The position numbers and the translations under genes were made by a program. A DNA stretch of 46,827 bases from a virus. Taxonomy: Duplodnaviria; Caudoviricetes. Below, in pieces: positions 18,015 through 27,000 of the stretch. Under the pieces are notes generated by a model that saw only the letters and a list, made by a program, of their open reading frames with translations, did not search any database and was not told the origin of the DNA. The DNA is taken from positions 1-46,827 of the IMG/VR virus record IMGVR_UViG_3300030330_002330. One strand, 5' to 3'. Each line of letters opens with the position of its first letter. The stretch's first letter is position 1.

Positions 18015-18986
18015 CTAATATTGTGTAAGTCCAGTAACTTTATTATCTTTTCTTTTAGCACCTATTCTTGCACTAGACATAGCAGCTGCTTCAGCTCCTA
18101 ATAATCCAACAGTTTCTTGTGCAGTTCTATCACCTATTGCTGCTTGTTCTAATGTATCTAAACTTATTTCACTACCTGTTTGAATGCCCATTCCTAAAGT
18201 ATTTTCTGCACTTTGATAAAGTGTTCTAGCTCCTTCTTGTGTTAATCCAGCTTTTCTAAGAGCATCAAATCTTTCAAATGAACCAGTAAATCCTGCAGCA
18301 TCTGCTTCAGCAGCTATAGTAAGTGATTTAATATTACCTTTTAATAAATCATCGTTTATATCAGGATTAATTAAAGCAGCAAATATAGTAGGTGCATCTG
18401 TATCTATACCATAAGTATCTCTAAATAATTTTTCTACTCCAGGTATATTGTCAACAACTTTGTCATATACTAAATTTATTCTATCTTGAAATTCAGAAGG
18501 TGAAGTCTGACCAGCAACTAATTCTTTAAATTTACCGTCAAACATTGAAGTATCAACAATACCTATTTCACGTAATGTTTCTTTATAACTAGCTATATCT
18601 GCAACTGCTTCTAGTTCAGACATTATTAAACTACCATCATCTCTTTCTAAATAACCAAATTCATTTTTCCATGATTGTGATTGTCTAGTAACAGATAATG
18701 CTAAAGCATCTTCACCATACGTAGCCCAGTTTTTTGCATATTCATTTAATACATCTTCAGGAAAAAATTTATATAAACTTGCACCTATATTGTAACCTTT
18801 AGCTTGGTCACCTAAACCTTGTCCACCAGTAGGAGCATCAGTCCAACCATCTTCAACCATACGTTCGTATTCAGAAAGTTCTTCACCTTCACGTTTATAA
18901 AATTGAGCAGTAGTAGTTTGACCATCTTTATAAATAGTCATTTGCTTTCCAGAAGTACCTGCTTCTTCACTTATAAATTTAGCCAT
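18015..18986 (-). CDS. putative internal virion (ejection) protein
   Basis: Helical 323-aa protein in the block between portal and scaffold. Confidence 0.55.
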   Translation of the reverse strand: MAKFISEEAGTSGKQMTIYKDGQTTTAQFYKREGEELSEYERMVEDGWTDAPTGGQGLGDQAKGYNIGASLYKFFPEDVLNEYAKNWATYGEDALALSVTRQSQSWKNEFGYLERDDGSLIMSELEAVADIASYKETLREIGIVDTSMFDGKFKELVAGQTSPSEFQDRINLVYDKVVDNIPGVEKLFRDTYGIDTDAPTIFAALINPDINDDLLKGNIKSLTIAAEADAAGFTGSFERFDALRKAGLTQEGARTLYQSAENTLGMGIQTGSEISLDTLEQAAIGDRTAQETVGLLGAEAAAMSSARIGAKRKDNKVTGLTQY

Positions 18987-20281
18987 TAGTTATCTTTTAT
19001 CCTTACTATTCCAGAACCAAATGCATTTGTTAAAGACCTATTGTAATCACTCATAGTGCCAGCATAATTTCTTTCAATACCAGCAGTTCTTAATATTTCA
19101 CCTTCTGTTTCAGGATTATTATCTGTTAATATTTTTTGTATAGTAGGGTCTGTTGCACTGATATTTGCTGTATCTATACCCCATATTCTAGAAGCTTTAC
19201 CTATTTTACCTTTAGTTATTGTACCCCAACGTAAATTCTTATCATATTGTGGATACAATTCAAATCTTTCTTGTTTCATTTGTTCTATTAAAGAAGCTTT
19301 AAAACTAGGATTATTTCTTATTTTTCCAGCATACTCACCAATTTTAGCTTCATATTCAGATTTAAGTTCTTCTGGTAACCATTCATCAATTAAAGTTCTT
19401 ACTGTATCTTCTTCTATATTAGTTTTAGCAAAACCTTCTCCACCAATAACTCCAGCAAATCCTGCATCTAAATCACCATATGAATATTCATCTATAGCTT
19501 TTAATACTTGTTGAGTAGCTTTAGCTAATGACCATCTACCCCATGCAACTTCATTAGCTGCATAATCTAATGCTGAATCAGATAATGTACCACCTTTAGC
19601 TTCAACATCAGCTTGTAGTTTCATTTTGTAATCGTCTTTTGATGAAAGAAAAGCATCTTTGTCTTGACTAAATTCTTTCCAAGCATCCCATTCTGCAGGA
19701 TTATATCCTAATGATTTTAAAAATTCAGAATGTGATTGTCCTGTTTCAGTTATTCCGTAAGTAATAAAATCGTTATAACCTTGTTCTCCGTTTTCTAATA
19801 ATGCACCTACTACTCTATCAATATAAGCAGGGTCATTCCACCAAGGTGCATCTTTAGAAAGCAATTCAATTTGAGTTAAAGTATCTTGTATCCAGTTTAT
19901 ACCTGAACCTTCAACAAAAGTTTCACTATCTTGCCAATAACCTATTACTTCTTTAGATATATTTGTAATACTTGTATCAAGGTATATTGATTCTCTTAAA
20001 TCACCTTCGTATATAGCTCCATCAAAATCTTCTTCAGTTTCAAATTGTACTAATAAACCTACATCTTGTGCTTGAAGAATTGGATTATCATCTTCTAATT
20101 GAATTCGACCTAAAAGATTATCAGGGTCATCAATTAAATCATGTATTGTCATTCCTTCAGGAGCTTCCATTAAATAAGAAATTTCTCCTATATCTACACG
20201 AATATAAAATTTACCTGTTTCTTTTACATAAACTAATGAACTATCCGAACCTGGAGGAGCATGTCTAATATTAATATTCAT
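18986..20281 (-). CDS. putative internal virion protein
   Basis: 431-aa ORF in the same coupled block. Confidence 0.55.
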   Translation of the reverse strand: MNINIRHAPPGSDSSLVYVKETGKFYIRVDIGEISYLMEAPEGMTIHDLIDDPDNLLGRIQLEDDNPILQAQDVGLLVQFETEEDFDGAIYEGDLRESIYLDTSITNISKEVIGYWQDSETFVEGSGINWIQDTLTQIELLSKDAPWWNDPAYIDRVVGALLENGEQGYNDFITYGITETGQSHSEFLKSLGYNPAEWDAWKEFSQDKDAFLSSKDDYKMKLQADVEAKGGTLSDSALDYAANEVAWGRWSLAKATQQVLKAIDEYSYGDLDAGFAGVIGGEGFAKTNIEEDTVRTLIDEWLPEELKSEYEAKIGEYAGKIRNNPSFKASLIEQMKQERFELYPQYDKNLRWGTITKGKIGKASRIWGIDTANISATDPTIQKILTDNNPETEGEILRTAGIERNYAGTMSDYNRSLTNAFGSGIVRIKDN

Positions 20282-22655
20282 GATTACCTAATTTTGCCAT
20301 TTGATTTCCTACAGAACCCATTATATCTTGTACCCATCCCCATTGCCAAGGACTGAATTTAGCTCCTGTTTTTTCTTCAGCCCACATCCACACATGACTT
20401 AAAGGACTTCTACTTCCCATTTGTTCTACATCTTTCATAGCTTTTTCTATATTCTCAACTGTAGCATTATTTAAATCTTCTTTCCATGAAGCATATTGTT
20501 CTTCATCTACCATACCAATTCCTGCAGCCAATATCATTGATTGGTCCATTTGTGCTAAAGCTGCTTGATTAGCTGCTTGTGGAGTTGCATCTAATATTCC
20601 TGATACTAAGTTAGCTGCTTCATAATACATTAAATACATTAATCCTTGTGCTACTTTTGGAAATCCCATTTTAGCTGCTAAAGCTATAGCACCATCTTCT
20701 ATTAACTCTGATATAGGGTCTATTAAATAAATAGCATAACGACCAAAACCAGGAGTATTTGATTTTGCTTCTACTTCTGAAATTGCTTTAAATGCAGGGT
20801 CATTTGGGTCTGCTGCTCCAGGACCAAATTTAGTATCACTTTTTAATTTAAATAAACTTTCAGGTACATGTACATTACTAGGTATATCTTTACTAAATAA
20901 TATATCTGCTATTTCTTGTGGTTTAAACTCAGCTAGGTTAGTTCCTATAGCTGACATTTTAAAAGTTTTATCTGGATTATTTTTAGCAACTTCTAAAAAC
21001 GTGTCTAAATTTTTACTAACTTCATCTATAGTTAAACTTTGATAAGGAGTAGATTTTGTAGGTAAAGCATATGATTGTCCAGTTAATCCTTCTCCTACTC
21101 CCTGTACAGCACCAAATTTATTTTTAGCATCTAATGCAGCTCCTTTACCATGTATTCCTTTTTGGTTACTTCCAAAAACAAATATTTCATTATCAGCTAA
21201 TTCATCTATCCAACCTACAGTTTTAATTTCAGGAGTTTTACCTTGGAAAGTTTCTGAATCATAACTATCTGCATTTACTCTATCTTTGAAACCTTGTTCA
21301 TCATTATAATGTTCACCACTAGCATCTCGCCATGTGTATTCTGTAACATTAACTTCTGTTGGAATACCTAAATTTCTAGCAGTACGAATACCAGCTTCAT
21401 CAAAACCTGATTGTCCACCTGATATAACTTTGCCTGTAATAGGTTTATCTCCTGCTAATTCTATTGCTTTATCAAATATTGTTTGCATAGTTCCATCAAC
21501 TTGTGATTGCCATACTGCTTTAGAGAAACCACCTCTGATACTTTCATAATTACCATGACCAGCAATGTTAACTGTTTGACCTGAAGTTAATGCATCAGCA
21601 AGTTTTTGTGCAATTTCATCAATATTAGAAGCAGTTAATTTACCTGCATTATCTACTGCAACATTAGTCCATTTTTTCATAAAATCAGGAGTACCTTTAC
21701 CTGCACTATTACCTCCACCTGAAGGTCCTTCTGTTGCAGTAAAATCAAATGTTATATCACTATTTGCATAATTATATAGTGTTCTATTTACGTAATGATT
21801 TAAACCTCTTGGATTTTCAATTGTGTTATATACAGTTCCACTTTTTTGATTATTAAGTACATTAGTTAATGCTTCTGCTTGATTAACTGTTTTATTAGGG
21901 TCACCTGCAAAACTATCTACTAAATTGTAACCTTCATCTACTTTAGCTTTTAATTGATTTATTAATTCAGGATTTTCATCTGCCCATCTTTGCCAAAGTT
22001 TTTGATACTCATCTTTACTTACTTGGTAATCTTTGCCAAATAAAATACTATCTTCTGCAGGAGGTCTACCTTTACCAGATTTCTTAATTTCATTTTGCCA
22101 TACATCTTCTATAGTTCTACCAGCGTATGGTCCTTCTTTAAAAGTAGCATTTAATGCTGAGAATTGTTTACCTAAATCATCACCTTTAGTAGATACTTCA
22201 AAAGTTTTATTAGGAACAACTTTAGTAACTTTAGGAGCTTTAGCAGTAGTTTGTTCAGCTTTTAATTTTTTTTCAGCAACTCTCTGTCTAGCTTGTAGTT
22301 GTCGTTCTTTACGTCTAGCAGCTTCAGCTAATACAGGGTCAACTTCAATATCTTTACCTGATACAGCTTTAGCTTCCCATTCTAAATTTTCAGCACTAGT
22401 AGCTGTCATTTGACGAATTTCTTCATTCCAATCTGCAATAGCAAATTCAGCTTGTTTAATTAAACTTTGTCTTTTTTCATAAGAAAGTTTTTTAAGAGAT
22501 GAATATTCTTGAAAATTATTTAAACGGTCTAATTCTTTTTGTTTTTTATCAATATTTTCTTGTAAAGATTCAATAGCTTGTTGAGTACCAGGGTCTAATT
22601 CTTCAGGTTTATATGGTTGTTGTACGTTAGGATTAATGGTTGCTAATGATTTCAT
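20271..22655 (-). CDS. multidomain putative virion protein: coiled coil, NADAR-like, SLOG-like and Macro-like domains
   Basis: GKQFSALNA...GRTIEDVWQ; KVISGGQSGFDEAG..A..LGIPT; NEIFVFGSN..GIHGKGAA..A...FGA..G.GEG..GQSYALPTK. Confidence 0.65.
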   Translation of the reverse strand: MKSLATINPNVQQPYKPEELDPGTQQAIESLQENIDKKQKELDRLNNFQEYSSLKKLSYEKRQSLIKQAEFAIADWNEEIRQMTATSAENLEWEAKAVSGKDIEVDPVLAEAARRKERQLQARQRVAEKKLKAEQTTAKAPKVTKVVPNKTFEVSTKGDDLGKQFSALNATFKEGPYAGRTIEDVWQNEIKKSGKGRPPAEDSILFGKDYQVSKDEYQKLWQRWADENPELINQLKAKVDEGYNLVDSFAGDPNKTVNQAEALTNVLNNQKSGTVYNTIENPRGLNHYVNRTLYNYANSDITFDFTATEGPSGGGNSAGKGTPDFMKKWTNVAVDNAGKLTASNIDEIAQKLADALTSGQTVNIAGHGNYESIRGGFSKAVWQSQVDGTMQTIFDKAIELAGDKPITGKVISGGQSGFDEAGIRTARNLGIPTEVNVTEYTWRDASGEHYNDEQGFKDRVNADSYDSETFQGKTPEIKTVGWIDELADNEIFVFGSNQKGIHGKGAALDAKNKFGAVQGVGEGLTGQSYALPTKSTPYQSLTIDEVSKNLDTFLEVAKNNPDKTFKMSAIGTNLAEFKPQEIADILFSKDIPSNVHVPESLFKLKSDTKFGPGAADPNDPAFKAISEVEAKSNTPGFGRYAIYLIDPISELIEDGAIALAAKMGFPKVAQGLMYLMYYEAANLVSGILDATPQAANQAALAQMDQSMILAAGIGMVDEEQYASWKEDLNNATVENIEKAMKDVEQMGSRSPLSHVWMWAEEKTGAKFSPWQWGWVQDIMGSVGNQMAKLGNHEY

Positions 22656-24019
22656 TATCTACCAAACATCATACGCAACACCATACTCTGGACTTCTTTC
22701 TTTCGCTTACCTGCTTCATGAGCTGCTATTTCTTTAGAATATGCTTGTTCACGGTCTGCATATTGAACTGCCATTGGGTCTTCTACAGCAAGTTCATTTT
22801 GTAAACTTGTCATTTGATTAAAAGATGGAGGAGGTTTTCCAGCTAGATAATCTGCTTGCCATTGTTCGCTTTTAGCAGATTCAGTCATAGCCCAAAGGTT
22901 AGAACTAACTTCTCTAAAGTTATCAGAATAATCTTGAGCAATTGAATTAGCCCATTGTCTTACTTCTGAAGGTGTAGCTTCTCTTCCTAGTTTCCATCTA
23001 AACCAATCTTTTACATCTTCTTGTCTTTGCATTGGAGAAGGTACTTGATAATTCTTTTTAAGATTTTCTATAAATTGTTCTTTGCTTCTAGCTTTAGCTA
23101 AATCAAATACTTCAGTATTATATTTTCCATACTCTTGTACAGCATGATTAAATAACTTTAAATTCTTTTCAAAGTCTTGTGCCCAAGGTGATTCTTCAAA
23201 ATCTACTCCAGGAACACCCCTACTCTGCCACTCATAATATTGATTACTAGTAAAGAATTTCATTTCATCATTTAATATTGTTGCCATTTCTGTACTGTTA
23301 GGGTCTATATAACGATTTGCATCAAACCATGCCATTATTTCTGTAACAGCAGATTCTAAAGCTAAACTATATTCACCTTCAGTTCCAACCCAGTATTCTG
23401 GTGAGACAATATTATTTGCTACTAAATAATTTTGAAACAACTCAATATCTTCTTGAGTACTTAAATCATTAATAAAAAATTGTACTTGTTTAGTAAAATG
23501 TGAAGTAAATGGTTTTTGTTTATATGCACCTGGATTTTCTGGGTCAGGTACTGGTTTTCCATCAGGCCCTATTTCAGTAACCATTCTGCCTTCTTTAGAT
23601 TCATAACCTCTATCTAATCCACCAGACATGTTTAAATTAGCTAATATTTCATCAGTAGTCAATCCCTGACCTAATGCTTGTCCTATATAAGTAATAGTGT
23701 CTTTTGAAAGATTACCTGGACCAACACCTTGACTTTGTGATTTTAATTTTAATATTGCAGTAGCAGCTAGAATATTATCATTATCAAATGCAATTTTTAG
23801 CTCTTCTATTTCTGATTGAGTTAATCCATATTTGTTAGTAGTTTTACCTTCTTCTACAGGTGCATCAATAATTTGTCTAAAATCAACATTTTCTGTAACT
23901 GGGTCAACTCCAAATACAGCTGAAAATAAATCAACTAATCCATTAAAATCGTTTATTTGTTCTTGTGCTTGATTACCTGTACTAACAGTTATGTTAGATG
24001 CATCAAATTTTTCACTCAT
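22655..24019 (-). CDS. putative internal virion protein
   Basis: 454-aa helical ORF in the block. Confidence 0.55.
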   Translation of the reverse strand: MSEKFDASNITVSTGNQAQEQINDFNGLVDLFSAVFGVDPVTENVDFRQIIDAPVEEGKTTNKYGLTQSEIEELKIAFDNDNILAATAILKLKSQSQGVGPGNLSKDTITYIGQALGQGLTTDEILANLNMSGGLDRGYESKEGRMVTEIGPDGKPVPDPENPGAYKQKPFTSHFTKQVQFFINDLSTQEDIELFQNYLVANNIVSPEYWVGTEGEYSLALESAVTEIMAWFDANRYIDPNSTEMATILNDEMKFFTSNQYYEWQSRGVPGVDFEESPWAQDFEKNLKLFNHAVQEYGKYNTEVFDLAKARSKEQFIENLKKNYQVPSPMQRQEDVKDWFRWKLGREATPSEVRQWANSIAQDYSDNFREVSSNLWAMTESAKSEQWQADYLAGKPPPSFNQMTSLQNELAVEDPMAVQYADREQAYSKEIAAHEAGKRKKEVQSMVLRMMFGR

Positions 24020-27000
24020 TAAATCCCATTTCTAATAATAATTCTTTATCGTCTCTAAATAACTTTAGCATTACAGATGTCCATACGTGAAAGAAATCAG
24101 GATGTTCTATCATAATAGCTTGAGCTTGTTGATTCATAAGCATACGCATATAAACAGCTCTTTCATCTGTACTTTGTAACCACCATTCAGGGTTTTTAGT
24201 AGGAGACAATTGTGTTGATACTTTTTCAAACTCTTCCCAATCAACTAGCATTTTAGCAAAACCTTTTCCTGTATCTTGGTTCATAACAACAGGATTACTT
24301 AACCATTTAAGTCTCATTTCTCTAAACATATCTTTACTTGATACAGTTTCGTATAATCCCCAATCATCTTCTTGAAAGCCAGGTAATTGTAGAATTAACT
24401 CATTTCTAAACCATCTTTTAGCAATTACTTCCTGTGTAGAACTTAAACCTAAATTCTTTATTTGGTCTTGATATGCTTGATATCTAAAGTATCCAATTGT
24501 ATCATTAACGTTTCTTCTAAACTCATCAGGTGTTAATTGTGTTTTATCAGGTATTAAATCAGATGTAGCTCTAGCTTCAGCAGGGTTTTCTGGGAGTACT
24601 AACCAAGATGTTAATTTAAGTTCTTTTAATATTTCTTTATTCTCTTCTTGAAACTTAGCAGCTCTGTATCCATAATTTTTTCTACCACCTTTAGATACTT
24701 TACTTGGTGCAGTTAACCAACCATGTTCTAAACCATATTTGTTTATAAAATCTTCTGCAGCAGCAGTATCATCATTTTCATTATCTAACAATAGTTTTCT
24801 ATATTCATCAGCTAATACTGATGCATTCCAACTATTACCTTCTATATCTTTGACATAGTAAGTTGGTTGAAAACCTGTAGGTAACATAAACTGTGCTAAT
24901 GCTTGGAATCCAAATAAATATTTAGCTTTTCTTTTAGAATATAATAAAAATGCTTCATCTCTTTTTTGTATAAAGTCAGCATCATCTTCTGACCAATTAG
25001 AATCTACTTCATCTAAATATACATCTAAATCACCTGATTCATATAATTTAAGATTTTGTCCTGTAATCATTCCATATCTATAAACTTGTATTGTTGCAGC
25101 TCCACGCATTTCATCAAATTGATGTCTTGGTTCCTCATCTAAATCTTGGTCAGTCATAGCTGCTGCTAATTTTTTAAACCAAGGTGGATATGGTACTGCA
25201 CCATCAAGAAATTTACCTTCAGGTACAAATCCACCAAACAATGTATCTTTAACTTCTGCTGGCCATTTTTCTATTGGTAATACTTTATCTGCTAAAAACC
25301 CAACCATAGGGTTTGGTCCTGGTACGAAACCTTGTCCTAATAAATTTATACCAGATAAATAAGCTTTAGAAGCTACTTGTGTTTCAGTCCAAGCATCACC
25401 TTCAACATTTTTTCCATAAACTAAACTAGATAAGAAACCAGAGAATGGCCATACAAACATCTTTTCATCTTTGTTTTGTGGATTAGCAGTTATAAAACCT
25501 TCATTTCTTTCAGTACTACCTTCAGTCATCCAATTCTCACCACTTCTAATTCCTACGTGTGCGTTACGCATAGCGTATGGTTTATCTGCTAATAACTTGC
25601 CCCATGTCTGTGCAACTTCAAACCAAACTTCAGGGAATGGAAATATGTTTCTAGTTATGTCAGAAATTAAATGTCTCTTAGATGCATCGTATAATAAATT
25701 CTTTGTTCCACTTAATCCAAAAGATTTAGAAGCATTATTTGCTAATTCATAATCCATAGCTCCTTCTCTAACCTTTTTTGATTTAGAAAGAAAAGCCATT
25801 TCCTGTTGAACTTTTGTTGGTATGTTTAATACTTTAGCTTCTTCTATAAACCTTTTTCTTGCAGCTGGTTGTATGTTTTCCCAGTTAGCTAACAAGTATT
25901 GATATCTATATTGTTTAAAAGCTGTTGAACGATTTAAATAACCAATAGGTTTAGTCATCAAATGTGTAAACATATGATTTACCCATTCATCCATTTTTTT
26001 ACCATATTTAGTTTGGTCAACAACTTCAGTAGCTAATTTTAAATCACCCATATCTAGGTTTAATCCTCTGTTACCTGTTGGGCCTATGATGTCATCTGAT
26101 TGAACATATCTCTTTAATAGTCCATCTAATTTAGCTTGATTTCCTCTCCACATGTTTGTTTTAGTTAATTCACCTTTAGTTAAATCTTCAGGAATAAATG
26201 TTACTAATTTTCCTTTATCTATATCCCACAAATCTCCAGTACCAATAAATTTAATTAAATCTTCATTAGAACCTGAAGCAGACCTGTTGCTCATAATGTT
26301 GTAACGATATTTTTCTCTAGCAGATTGATGTTGAAAATATTCTCCTTTTTCTAAAACACCACCTGTTTTTAATCTTATTCTTGCTTCTATTGATTGTATG
26401 TGTTGTTGTTGAAAATCTACATCATGAACTATTCTGTCCCATTGACTACCACCCCAATCAGCTAAATCTTGAAAATATTTTTGTCCTTGTGCTGATTTTG
26501 CAAAGTCTGCTACTTCTTCACTTGCATGTCCGTGTCTAGCAATTAATCTTGCTAATGGGTCTCCTCTTAATTGCAATAACTCAAAACTTAAAGCACTTGT
26601 ATATTTATCTATACCTGCTGATTTATTAATTCTTGAAAAGTTTAAAGCAGCTGCAGCTTTGTTATCTCTACCTAATAAACCTTTAAGAGTAAAGCTTTTT
26701 TGTATAGCTTCAAAGTGTTCATAACTCTGCATAAGTTTTACTGCATCTAATTCAGCTCCACTTAATTCACCAGCAGTAATAACCATCTTTCTTTGTTTCT
26801 TTCCTGATGTAACCCATTGAATATAATGCATAGGATGATTAAAGAATCCATCCATATTTCCCATTACAAATCTCATTTGCTCTTCTAAGAACACTCTTGT
26901 TAAGAATGCAAATCTTAAAAGAACTAACGGTTTAAATACTTTTCTTGTATAGAAATCTCCTAATCGAGTTAACGCATCTGTTTTTAAACTTTTAGTAGCA

